Of a stretch of DNA of 64,000 nucleotides, positions 27,630-40,833 are shown one piece after another. Position 1 is the stretch's first letter, and each line of letters opens with the position of its first letter. The position numbers and the translations under genes are program-made. The notes below the pieces were generated by a model. It was not told where the DNA came from, searched no databases, and was given only the letters and a program-made list of their open reading frames with translations. Source of the stretch: Amoeboaphelidium protococcarum X5 (lineage: Eukaryota; Fungi; Aphelidiomycota); contig JALDTO010000215.1 of NCBI GenBank assembly GCA_023515725.1, positions 583,053 through 647,052 of the forward strand. The letters run 5' to 3'.

Positions 27630-30600
27630 TCAACTCAGTTTCTAGGCATTCGATACGGGGGACATTAAGACCTGTTCAACATTGCTATAATTGCCTGCTA
27701 TACTAGAGTTCACCTTGGTGCTTCCCACAACAGTAGTACCTTTCCTATTACCCACCAGCATCTCAATCTTCTTCAGGACATCTTTGGCTGGCAGATCGCT
27801 GAGGCCTTCATTGATCTCATTCAACGCTATAAACTCTGAAAACTCCTCTGGCACCGTCCACATTCCATCCTGAATGGCCATAAGAGTCTTCACAGTCTCG
27901 ATATCGAGAAGAGATTCATCCTTCTCCTTCTAATTGGCTGTAATCGCGGCATTTCCAGATTTCTACGTGACATTTGCAATGGCGACTTTGCTATTGGAAT
28001 AGAAGATGTTAGGTGTGATCACAATGGCCAGATTAGACAAGTCCATCTTGTTGTTCTTGCACTGAGCGATATCACGTAGGAAACACAATAACACTTGGAG
28101 TAAATCTCTGTTAGCTTTAGGCAGAGTGCAAATCAGATAATGCATCATCGTCCGCCTCTGGTCAGGATTTGGATTAGACTGCGCAAGTATCATCAGTTTA
28201 TACAACTTGAATGGAATTAATGGTTCAGGCATCTCTCGAAGGAACTTCTTCATCAGAGCAGCAATTTAAATCGGCCCTTCTGCTGAGAGATCATAACTAG
28301 GATCTAAATCTACTTGATCCTGGAGATTGTGCAAGTTCTTGATATTACCATTCTTTCTGAATATTCCTTCAATGTTTAGATCGAGTTTCTTCAGACAGGT
28401 GATTGCATTCTCCATAAAAATTGGTATTCTAGGACGGTAATGCTAGCTGCCCAAATGCTTGCTCTCAACGCCGTACTTCTCCACCACAACGTCCAATGGG
28501 ACTCCAAAAGAACCTTCACGCGCCTTTGAAGGCTTTTTCACTGGCTTCAACGTGTTCAATATTTTAGACCAGAACGGAGCTTTACCCTTCTTGCGCACCA
28601 AGTCCAATAACTCGCTAGGCGTGTAATGATCAGCCACAAAAGGCTACAGTTTAAACATTGCCAAATGGAATACAGTCATCTGTTCCAAGGCATCCAATTC
28701 TGACAGATGGCGACCGGCATTAGCGTCCTTAACTCCCGTTGATGAGCCTTTAGAAGAATCGCCAGATCCTTATGCTTTAGATATGCTATGAGAGGTGGCG
28801 GCATGCTGAGAGTTCAGTTCAGGATAAGCAGCATTAGAGTCCTACTTAGCCCGTTGTACTGGACCTACTTGATGTAATTCTGGAAGAGATGACGACAGAG
28901 CCTTTGACGAGGTATCAACTTGAGAATACTTTTTCACCGATGATATAGCGACAGCACTGGCTTTAGGTGGCATCACATCGATGGTCATACCATCCTTGTA
29001 CTCTTCAATCAAATTGTGTTGAGACATGATGTGATCAGCCACCTCAATCTTATTCAACGGTGCAGCATTACCACCATCTTGATCACTAGAATTATTAATA
29101 TTACTATTGTCACCGTGTGCATGTTGTTCATCGGCACTATCACGTTAATTCTGAGGTATAGCAGTAGCATCATCTGGCAACGAAAGTGATAGACGACGCA
29201 CAGCCTTCTCACTAACCATAGACCTTGGTCGAGGGACGAACTCAGGCACCTCATCATCATTCAATGGCGCAAGTTCATCATTTTTCTCATTAATCAAATC
29301 CATCGACTACAATTGCTCCTATCTTGGACTTCCTCGAGCCAGCTAAGACTAAGAAGCTGACATATTCGAGTCATCTACACATCACCGAACGCATGAATGT
29401 ACGTGCATTATTTTGAACACCGTAAAGAAAAATGACGTACCTTTAATCTTCAGAAGGCTATACAATCGCTTGAGGGCAACACGCAATAAAAAGCCATACT
29501 CTTACAATTGGGTAACTTTGACAAATCCCACCTTTGATTGCGATGATTGATGGTCTGAGCAGAGAAGTTTGTTCTCAACAACGTCATAGAATGCCACATC
29601 ATCATTCGCTTTCAGGTCCAGAAGATCCGCCAAATTTTTGCGGCAAACAGCACAGCTCATACATTTCCTATGCCATCTTGATTCACCGAGGCGATAACAC
29701 GACTCTTCAACGGAAGTCTTGCAACTTTTACACAAATCGCTCTTTACATCAGTGTCCACCAGCTTAAATTTAGAATTGAATTTTACTGTAAATGCACCAC
29801 CACCAACTTAGGTATCGTAATCATCATCCTGAAATTGTTACTCGCCCACTTCCATCAAACGGTTCAGAAATGCTCCAATAGCCGACTTGGAATTGTACTG
29901 ACTCTCGAGCTTCAACGCTCCACTCATTCCAATACGCAACAAAATTTTCAGATACTAAGCCAAACTGGTAACCAGCGATAGTAACTCCTGAGTGACAGTT
30001 CCCTACTACTTCAGGCCACTATCCTACGTATGGGCAAGTAAAGAGAAGAAATTAACAATCTTCTTGCTGAGCATTTTTGGCTCCTTGTTGTAACTTAGCC
30101 CAATATCATCCTTGAAAAAACCAAACTCGGCATTAAGATCGTCAAGACCGGCAAACAGAGCATCAACGTGTAGGATAAAATTACCAGCTTCACACACGGC
30201 ATCAATCATTGATTAATTGGACACGTGTAATAACATGTCAGATATACATGCCGCAGCTGATTCCTCAAATGCGGACAGCACTGTGCAGATTCTATTCACC
30301 TTTTCAAACATCAACTTCTCCCTCAATTTGATATCTTCCAAATCAGATACAGATTACAACACCTGAGCACTCGATTAATGAGGAATTTAGGATATGATCA
30401 CGGACCCCTTTTCAACCATTTTAATTTACCAACTCTACACACACGCGCGCGAACGATACAATAACACGTAAGATGATGATGGTCATAAAAATAGCCTCCA
30501 TGACAACGACTTACCTTGAAAACAGTGTAACACTCTGGGTGCCACTACTCGACAAAATCATCAGCCTTCACCTCCACAAACTAGTTCAGAATAGGTATCT

Positions 30601-31160
30601 GACAGCCTCCACACGGCTCAGCACACTTTTAAGAGTAGTGCAGGTGACAGTAGATCTTGTTATCGTGCTCGTAGTAAGTGTCATTCGGACCAAACACTGT
30701 GTTGCACATGGAGCATGTGAAGCAGCTGAGATGAAACTTCTACCCCAGAGCATTGATATATGACTTACGCAGTGCCAGACCACACTTGCCACATGACAGT
30801 GTCTTTCTCTTGTAATAATCCGTTTCACACAACGCCACCACGGCGCCACTGTCAGTCTCAAACTTGAAAAAGCGATCAGCGACAACTTTCTGGCAATCCT
30901 ACACTTACACTAACACTTACACTCATTAACATGCATGATGATAACACGCGCGATATGATGACACTTACATTGCAGCAGAAACATTCCGAGTGATAGACGG
31001 CGCCAAATTATCGCACAAAGTTGGACAGAATCGGGAGATCACACGAAGCACAAACAACAGAGAGTCTATTATTGTTGTTGGGCGCGTTGGTATTGCCACT
31101 ATCACTTTCTTATTATTACTCTACCAAGCGATCATTCACAGTACTCTTTAACATTTCCAT
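27630..31160 (-). CDS. LIM-domain RhoGAP (Lrg1/Rga1-like); intron 30899-30968
   Basis: Several LIM CxxC...HxxC repeats, YNKEPKMLSKKIVNFFSLL, FGVPL, EGIFRKNGNI, KKFLREMPEPL, NKMDLSNLAIVITPNIF. Confidence 0.9.
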
Positions 31161-31465
31161 TTTCACTGATATATATTTATGGAAGATTTTTGACTTTTAC
31201 AGGATATTTATTATTAACAGTCTGAGAAAGTGGTTGAGTAAAAATGAGAAGAGAGAATGGACGTGGGTGCAGAATATCTAGTCTTAAAAATAGACCACCC
31301 ACTCTTTATAGTCAAAATGAATTCCCATAAACAAAATTTAAAAATAGCTTGAATTGTACCTCTTAATAATTTGGTATGTAGAATTGGGGATAAGAAGATG
31401 GGACACATGGCCACGGTTTCTAAACGTATACAAAACGCGTTCTATTTAGATCGTAGCTAATGAGA

Positions 31466-31756
31466 TCATTTCTTACTACTTTGGCTGTTCACTTCTTTGA
31501 TATGAGCCTTTCGCAATTTCTTAATCTATACTTTAATCGGCAGTTCTTCAATCGGTTTCTAATCCAAAAGAGTCCACAAATAGTCTGGATAGTCTTCATC
31601 TTTCATTGCGACAGGATCCTGCTAGCCAGCGAAGATATTCAATCCAGTCATTACGGTGCCTTCAGAGCAGGCTGACTTTTATGCAATCACTTTAGCATTT
31701 TATTATTACACATTCAACTGTGTAGAATATCGAACACGTGAAAGAATTAATCGCAT
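31466..31756 (-). CDS. Mitochondrial ribosomal protein mL54
   Basis: SACSEGTVMTGLNIFAGQQDPVAMKDEDYPDYLWTLL; 96 aa. Confidence 0.85.
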
Positions 31757-31984
31757 ATCTAATAAATATATCAAACTTTTAATCTTGGTATTTTTTAATT
31801 ACACGCGTCTTTTTAAATGAAGAAAATTTGCTGATTTGTCTCTCCTTCAATCCGCTTTATTGACGCGCTCGCTCTTGGCCTTCTCTCCTCAGATCGGTGA
31901 CTTTGGTTTCTCCGGAATTCATTTGCGCGTCTCTTTTCCTTTGAAATCGAGTTTCTGAACAGGTTTCCATTTACAGTATACAGA

Positions 31985-33839
31985 ATGTCTGCCATCATTA
32001 GTATTGTTGATGTTGATTAAATATGGGCAGAGTAGAAAGTGTAATTAAATCATGCAAGACTTGTACATGAATTATCTATGACTGTAAGATTTTTGTTGTC
32101 ATTCCATTCAGTTGAGACACAGCGTGCCTACAAAGGTTATCGTTCAAATATTGTAGTTTTAAAAGCCACACGGGGAAATGATTTAGACATTTAATCAAGC
32201 TCTGGATCTGCTTTAGAATGTAAGATTATATCATTAATATTATATGAATATTTCTTAATAATACTCATAGACAAAGTGAGTAATTGTGTTTGTAGACTAG
32301 AGAAAATGAACTAAAGATTTCGAATACTGAGTTTATGCAGCTATTATCGGCATTGTCGCGTGTCAAGATGGATTCCTAGGGAAGATGTATCGTATTGACT
32401 GTGCTCACCAAGATTTACATCTACATGCTAGATATGTAGACTGACTAGTAATAGGAGGACTAGTCCATGTCTTAGATGACTTTGTATTTCCTGAAGGTGC
32501 TCGGGTCATATCTGAATGATTCTGTTGCTGCTGTTCGTGCATGTACGTTATAGCTTTTGGGTGATTTGATCCCACGCGGTTAAATCATCACCTTTGAGAT
32601 TTATTAATTCATCTGTATCCTGCTCAATGATGTCTCTGTTGATGTTCGACTTTAAGCATTGGATTGCATAGATTGTATCACAATGACATTCTAACATTCA
32701 TTCTTGTATCAAGTTAATGATAACAGATTTCCTATCCAGGAGGATGTATTTCCTCGTGTATGTGATAAACTTAATGATAATGACCCTTTGGTGCGGGAGA
32801 AGGTATTTTATTATTGTTTTGTATAAGGAAAACCTGATGATGTAACTTTAAAGTGTAGGCTTGTATGTTATTGGCGAATGATCATGTTCATGGCCGTTTG
32901 AATCTTTAGAGTGTTCTAGACAGGTAAGCGAAAGGGTCTTAGTTTTCATACCATGCTGGTTCGAAGAAGGCTGTTAATAATCCAAGTGTGTAATCTGTGG
33001 TACTTTTTACAAAGGATCAAGTTCTAGATCATGCCGGTTCTCTTAACGCTTGCAAAATTTCAGTCTAGAACTCTAATAATAATCTGTCTGTGGATTATCC
33101 AGGCGGTTCTGGTAATATGGGTGGAATTAATGCAATTAGAGAATTTGCATGCGGATCTCTTCTGTAAGCTTATGAGGACGAGGAGCCTAGTGTGAGATTA
33201 GCGGGTATCAAAGCGACAGAGCAGTTGATGGAGAAGAGTTTGGAATTTGTCAATTTGTCTATCGATTTTCTTATTGCCATGTTTAATGATAGTTCACTTG
33301 ATGTCCGACTTGAAGCTATTTAGGTGATGGATCGGCATAGCTTGAAGAAGAGCTTGGCTCTGAACGAAGAGCAGATTGCATCGGTAATGTTCTCTATGGA
33401 TGATTCTCACTTGAAAGTGCGACGCGCATGTCGTTCAGTGCTTGCCAATATTCGGGTGAAGAATCTTCAATTGCTGCAGTCCATTGTTAATGCTCTGTCC
33501 CTGCATATTGACAAGTATAAGGCGGATGCTGCTGAACTGAATCACGTGCATGAGTGCTTCTTCAAAGTTGGTCTTCACAATTCCGGGTTTGTACCTCAGT
33601 TCTTCAAGGCATGGATGGATTAGAATCGTGAGCGTAATCTGAAGTCTCCCTCTTTAACTGACCCGTATTACATTGCATTCTAGATGCTGATCACTGCTGC
33701 TTAATCACTTAACTAAAAATTGCAGCACATGTTGCCACATCACTGGCTCTAACATACTTTGTTCTTGCAAACTCAGCTATCTATACTCAAGACTTGCAAT
33801 ATTAAGAAGAAGAAGACGTCGAAGTAGAAGTAGAAGTGA
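31985..33839 (+). CDS. INTS4: Integrator complex subunit 4-like HEAT-repeat protein (3 probable introns)
   Basis: FACGSLLQAYEDEEPSVRLAGI...FVNLSIDFLIAMFNDSSLDVRLEAI...LNEEQIASV..SMDD resembles the INTS4 core. Introns at about 32084-32156, 32220-32295 and 32803-32858. Confidence 0.7.
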
Positions 33840-33935
33840 TTATAGCACTGGTAGACTTGTTATCTCATGTTGAATTGCTATATGTTTTTATATATATTCT
33901 TCAAATATAAATACCGTTATTGTATTAAAATGAGA

Positions 33936-36296
33936 TCACTATTTGTTTCTCATAGTCTTGACATTCTTATTATTAACAGCACCAGGGATCAGGCATCGTC
34001 CAATATTATCGAGCGGCTTCACCTTGTACACTCTCACAATCAGATGCTCGGTGCTATAAGCTTCTTCAAGAGTATCAAAATTGATAGAGTCCGTTCTCAC
34101 CTGTGCACCTCTCACACGATCATTACCAACCTTCTAGTGGCCATACATATCACCAAAGCGATAGTAAGACATCTTGTACATAAGACTGTTCCTCATAGTC
34201 GGGGTGGCCTGGTCATCAACACGATACTCACCGCGGGCAGTGAAGAAATTCTGCTCTATAACCTCAGTAGGCCAAATACCTTGCGCAATACGCACCATCC
34301 ACAAAAACTTGTTGATATCATCACCACTGTATCCCAACATACCTCCAAAGATGACCAGAACGTAATCAACATCGTGCTTAGTCATAATATCATAGGAGAC
34401 TTCTTCCGGGGAGGACATGGCCTTTCCAACCGTGGCAATGTGAGTATTATTCCAGGTGTTATTGTCCACCAGAGTCGGTCTATCCGCCATACCTGCAATC
34501 TAATAACCATAGTCCCACCAAGACATAATCTTCGCGTCAGGCTTAGTGTTCTGTCTCAACCAATAATAAGCTTCACGAAAGTCATCAATAATGTACTGGG
34601 AGCCATCTGCATTTCTGCTTGCCAACACCACCGATGGTGAAGAGTATGCTGCAGAAGTCACCCAAGTACAGTGGAAGACAAACATGGTCATGAGGAAGAG
34701 CATCGGGAACACGGCACTCATCTTGGTATCAGCAGCCCAAATGTATCCTTTCTAGACACCGATCACCTTCTTTTTAAGAGCCGAAATGTCATCTTTAGAC
34801 GCTGCTGATTACTTACGCGCACCAACAGCATCATTAGATTTACTATCAGATGCGGAGGAATCAGCCTCAGGCTAAGGTGCCGATTTAAGATACGTGTCAA
34901 GAAACTTTGACAAGGATACGGCTGCACCAACACACACTACCGGAGTCAAGGTCAACATAAGACGCACCATGACACCTGAAAAGTATGACGCTGCAATAGC
35001 ATACAATATCACAAACACATGTTCATCCTTCAGCTCCTAAAAGCAAAAGTAGATACCAGCAGGAAAAAGAAATATCAACCACTACAAGTCAAAGAACCAC
35101 GACGTCCATGGTGTTGGCTGATGTTCAGATACAGACGCAATAATAGGAATGTACTTGGCAGCATAACTGGTGTCCCACAGCGAGTAAAATCTACCAGTCC
35201 ATGGAGCAATCAGTCCAGTCAAAGTAGCATACACTAAACCCACCATACCGATGGCAAATAGTAAGAATACTCCAGCCTTCAATAAAACTTGAAACTACTT
35301 TGATTCAACATGAGACCGCACAAGCTCTGCGAAGGCAACAATCTGCAGCAGTCCGAAAACACCAAGCGCAGCCATATGCTCAGAAGTTCTGGTTGGCATA
35401 AAGTTGACAAATGGTATCTGCATAGACGACAAAGTGCCCAGAATATAAAACGTGGAATATGAAACGTACAGATTATTGGTATATCTGCCCATCAACAAGA
35501 GAGCAAATGCATGCAGTGGAATCAAATTGATGATAAACACATACCCACCCCATGCAGAAACCATCCAGAAATAGAATAGAGCAGTGGCCGAAGACCAAAT
35601 AGCACTTCCTCCCTTGACAGCTTTCAACCAACAGTAAAATGTAATCATAAGCAGAAAGATTGCAATACCTTCATTGTCATAAGATCCAGCAACACTACGA
35701 CTAATATAACCTGGTGCAATTGCGACAAAGGCAGCAGCAATAAGTCCAGCAGATGAATCCTTCACCTCCGAAGTTAGCAGATAAGTAGCCACCGCAGTAA
35801 ATCCACTAAACAGAGGAGCCAAGAACACACAAACCTCTCTAATGTCCACGGTGAAGTGCAAAGTGTTCAGAATCCAATGAATAATAGCAGAAGTGATCAT
35901 GATACCTACATAATATAATTCTCAAATGATAAAGAGTCAATATAAAATTGTAAGCTGTATAAAAAGTACCTGGATAGACAGTGCCACCCACGACACGACC
36001 GAGGGGATACCAAGCAGTCTCATCAAACCAATTCCAAAACTCATAGAATCCATTGTCCACCAATTGTTTGGTAGCCCTAAAGTTGAACCATGGATCAAAC
36101 TCGTGAATGACAGACTCAAAGCGTATAACAGAGAACAGTCTACTTGCAAAGGCAACCAGACAAATAGAGGCCAAGATCACGCTCCTTAACCAAGCTACAC
36201 ACATGTGAAGTTTATAATGAACATTAAGTTGGAATTGAACTCTAAAAATTTAAAGAGAATATACTTACCAGTCTAACTAGCAGAATTGATCTACAT
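33936..36296 (-). CDS. STT3: Oligosaccharyltransferase catalytic subunit (2 introns)
   Basis: [58 protein letters not shown]. Confidence 0.97.
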
Positions 36297-36705
36297 ATTC
36301 CACTCTGAATATATATATTATTATAGAGCTAGAATGATAAAGCACTGCGTCAGGGAAGAGAGAATGATGCTTTAGTGACTTAAACGCGAAAAGACGAGAC
36401 GATTTTAGTTTCAAACCGCGTTCAGAACTTTGAGAACGTTTTAGCGCGATGATGAAGCTACGAAGTTCACCGCTCATTTTTAACTTTCCCGCTTGGTCCG
36501 CGCGCCTGAAGAAGAAAGACCTGCCGACCTGTCGCTTGTCTGGCCGCGTTTCTAGCGATTTTCTTATTATCGATTCCTAGATCTGATTTTATTTTTGTAG
36601 CCATTATTGCTTTATCGCAACGATTGTATTGTTATTATTATCCTTGGATATCCGCGCTATTTAGTATCTATTGTTTATATCACAGTCGTCTTTGAGGGAT
36701 ATATT

Positions 36706-37809
36706 ATGCCGATTAAAGTTCCTAAATTGGGTTGGGAACGTGTGAGGATAGATCCAAAGTTTACGCGCAAGGAGAGTCCACAGTCATTGCTGAATAGATA
36801 TGATTTTTCCAGTAATATGATCACTTTCACTGTGGGTGGATTGAGTAATTTGTTTCTGAAATATCTGTGTAATTTTAAACTTTACGGCGGCGAAAAGTTG
36901 TTCGAGCAGGTGGAGAAGAGGCTGAATGATCACCCTCATGGTGCCCTGATTACGTATTGCAACCATCAGACCACGCTGGATGATCCGCTGCTCTTTGGTG
37001 TGCTGAAGGGCGCTCATTTGATTCATTGGCGGCATGGGCGTCTTAGATGGACTCTGATTGCGGATGATATTTGCTTTACTAATCCTCTATTTAACTGGGT
37101 GTTTACTCATACATAGGGATTGCCCACTGTTCGAAATGGACTTGGAGATGGTATCTACCAGCCGTCTATCAATCACGGTATTGATCTACTTAATCATAAT
37201 GGCTGGTTGCATGTATTCCCTGAGGGTAAAGTTAACTACGTTGATCTTCCGCGTAGAGATGCGCCGTAATCTACTGGTCTCCTGCCTTTCAGATGGGGTA
37301 TAGCGCGACTTATAATGGAAACTTAAGTGCCTCTCACCATACTTCCAATGTATGTCATGGGCATGAACTAGGTGCTTCCAGACGGTTATATGATGCCAAA
37401 ACTTTTCAAAAAGGTATCGCTCACCATTGGAGATCAAGTGGACATGAGTGTTGTGGATTCTATAAAGAGTAACGTTAAATTGGATGATGCTCAGAAGCGC
37501 ATAGAGATTGTCAGAGTGTTGACTGAGAGAATGAAGGCGGTTCAGATTGAAGCTGGCGACTTTCATTTCAATAGAGATTAAAAGCAATAATAATAAATAT
37601 GCTTATACATAAATATTTGTATATTTGTGATACCTGCACTATCAAGAACTCACGACTTTGATACTCGATCACCATCTACGGCAGTGCTGTTAGATGATGA
37701 TTTCTCTTCAATGTCCATCTAATCGCCACCACTACTACCGGACGAAGTATCCACATTACCACTATCACCAATATAACCGCTGTCAGTGCTACCATTATCC
37801 GCTTTGTGA
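36706..37809 (+). CDS. TAZ1: Tafazzin (lysophospholipid acyltransferase); 3' end ambiguous (TAA 37579 vs first TGA 37807)
   Basis: ITYCNHQTTLDDP, RWTLIADDICF, GIYQP, WLHVFPEGKV, FRWGIARL. Recognisable homology ends near 37580. Confidence 0.88.
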
Positions 37810-38937
37810 TTAGCAGATAATTGTACCGGCTCCTTCTCATCTCCGGAAGATCCATCACTATCATGTTCAGCCCTTTAAGAATCGGAGGATGATGGTGATA
37901 AAGGAGAGTTTACAGCCACAAGTGTATTGGGAGTGGACTTGGATTGCTGATGATTTCTCGTAATCTTCTACACCCACTCTTCAACAGTCTTACCATGCAG
38001 AAAGCCGACAATGATCACGGACATATTGTCTGTGCCGAATGCGCCAGCGAAAGCAGCCGGACTTAGACAATGATCCAGCAACTTTTCACAAGTAGCCTTG
38101 ACATCTGCACCCTCAGCAATACGCTGGTTGATAAATTCAATCACTTCAAAGTTTTACATACAGTCCCAGATACCATCACAAGCAATCACCATATAGTCCA
38201 CAGATTCGTTCAACTCATACTTGGTCACCTCCGGAAAGACGGTGACAATCTGCTTCTCTGGCGGCAGACCTTGATTGTTCTTAAACTCAAAGTCACCAAT
38301 GGCACGGGATAGAGCGAGATTACCATTGACCCTGTTGAAATCAACAAATCCACCAGCATCCTTAATACGCTTAGTCTCCTCCGGCAAGTACGGCTTATGA
38401 TCAACAGACATTGCATAAGCCTATCCATCCACACTGAGTATACATCTAGAGTCACCGGCATTGGCACAGAAGATTTAAGACTGGGTGACAAGACAGGAGA
38501 CAGCGGTACATCCACACTGCACACCTTTGAACTCGGGCAGACTCAACAACTATCGATCCATCCTCAAATAAGTCTCAATAAGAGCAGTCTCATACTCACC
38601 CTGCTTGAACTCTTCCGTGGCCTGCAGAGTCTTGACAATATTCTCACCGGCATACTGCGCGACTATATGCCCACCATGACCATCAAAAACGGCAAAGAAG
38701 GCAAGATCGTCAGTACCGGATTTAGGATTGTGAAGCTTGGGGGTGATAGTATGAGCATCTTCCATAGCTACACGTACTTTCATTCTCTGGGTAGTATATA
38801 AATGGTAAATTCGAGTGACAGTGCATAATCTTACATATTCTCCATCCCTACATGGATGACATTCCAACAACCATCTTATCAGTGGTTTGCATCGAGGAAT
38901 CTTTCTCAGTCTTGGGTGAAGATAATAGCTGTCCCAT
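37650..38937 (-). CDS. PP2C phosphatase (Ptc2/Ptc3 type); intron 38768-38834
   Basis: MGQLLSSP, SMQGWRISMEDAH, FAVFDGHGG, ANAGDSR, DHKP, RVNGNLALSRAIGD, ACDGIWD, DNMSV. Confidence 0.95.
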
Positions 38938-38947
38938 CTCGGTACTT

Positions 38948-38969
38948 TATATATATATATATATATATA
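38948..38969. repeat. (TA)n microsatellite
   Basis: About 11 TA units just upstream of the PP2C ATG. Confidence 0.85.
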
Positions 38970-39454
38970 TTCAGATTCCAAATTAACTCAGAGTTCAATA
39001 GATTTTAACTGAGAACTGAGAAAATAGATGCTAATCGTTCAAAGAGAGTCGATGTTGTGTGTTAAGCTTTATTATATCAAAACACCTCAATTAAATCTCC
39101 GTCTTTAGAACTCTCACTCTCTCCCGAAAGGAAATGAATTCAACACCGAGAGCTGAGTGAGTGCAAGTGAGTTTCAAAGTGGCTGCGGCCAAGGAAAGAA
39201 TTCGACGCGATTCCTCTTCGCGGTGACTTGGCACGCGCTCTCAACCTTTCTGTGTTATTGCTCTTCCAGTTCTCTTGTGCTGGCTGAAATGGGAGAGCGG
39301 TTCGCTTTGTCGGCTCTGTGGCAATCTTCTTCTTCAGGCAAAGTATTCCGTAGTGTAAGTAAGTGTTCACTCGTCTTTTCTTATAGATTGTAGGTGGAGA
39401 AAATACGATTGTTGTGATTGAACTGGAATATATCTAGATTGATAGAGAGGAAAT

Positions 39455-40663
39455 ATGGCGTTAGATAGTTTGTACGTAATAGAGCCGTAGAGTAAAAAGT
39501 ATGATTCCGCTGAAAGTGTGAAGCAGCATGTCGACAGCATTAGAGAACGAAAGTAATCCATCACTGCTTTGAAGCTATCTGGAAACTCGTTTGGTGTTGA
39601 CGCTTGCAAAGATTTGTCTTTGGCTATGAAGGAACTTGATAATTTAAAGGTATTTTTGTAACATCTACTATAAGCGAATCAATAAGTATCTTTATTAACT
39701 ATATTGTAGGAGTTGCATTTTGGTGATATCTTTACGGGAAGATTGCGATCAGAGATTCCGCTTTGCTTGGCCGCGTTCGTTGATGCTTGTTTGGCTAATA
39801 ACAACGTCAAAGCAAATCTTGAGAGTATCGATTTCAGTGATAATGCATTCGGACCTGATGGATTGAACCCGTTGGTGCCTCTTATAAGTTAATGTGTTCG
39901 CTTAAAGTGCATAAAGATTAACAACACCGGTCTTGGTCCCCAGGGTGGAAATATACTTGGTACGGCATTGACATCTCTTGCAGATTCTTGCGCTAAATCT
40001 TGCGTGTAATCTCAATTGGAGACTATTGTGTGCGGTAGGAGTAGATTAGAGAGTGGCTCCATGAAATCACTTGGTGACGCGTTATCCAAACATCCATCTC
40101 TGAAGTAGGTTGTATTTCCACAAGATGGTATCAGACCTGATGGTGTTGTGGAACTGCTTTAGCAATTGAAGTTGTGCACCAAACTTGAGATTTTGGATCT
40201 ACAAGATAATACGTTTACTGAGAAGGGTGCCACAGCACTGGCGCAAGCTGTTTCGTCTTGGACCAAGCTTCGAGTACTCAATGTTGGAGATTGTATGATG
40301 ACAAGTAAAGGCACTCAGTAGTTGATTGATCAACTGGCCAAGTGTCCTGATATTGCAGCTGGCCTGGTTGATCTGAATTTGCAGTATAATGAGATTAATG
40401 AAAAGACTGCCCTGTCTCTGGTATCTGTTGTGCGACTGATGAAGAATTTAAAGTCACTCCAGTTGAATGGAAACTGTTTTAGTGCAGATGGTCCTGCCGC
40501 TGATGGTATTAGAAGTGCACTAGAAGAGATTGAATCTCAAGGTGCATTGGGAACTATGAGCGATATGGAAGAGGAAGATTCTGAAGAGGAGTCTGATTAA
40601 GGTGATAAAGAGGAAGAAGTTGATGAACTTGCTGCGGCAATGTCCAAAGTTGAAGTCAAATGA
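39455..40663 (+). CDS. RNA1: Ran GTPase-activating protein (Rna1/RanGAP1); intron 39650-39709
   Basis: LSGNSFGVDAC, DIFTGRLRSEIP, DFSDNAFGPDG, GRSRLESG, LDLQDNTFT, acidic tail. Confidence 0.93.
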
Positions 40664-40833
40664 TTAACTTTGTCTTGAATATAAATTACTCTCCATCTGC
40701 CTTTGGTTTTTATTGCTTTATAAAGCGAGTGTGAATTTACAAATTCTTGTTTATCTTTAATCCATTTCGATTCAAACTTTGTACAGACAAAGATCTACAA
40801 AACTCCCCAGCAGTGATTTTTAGAGATATTAGA

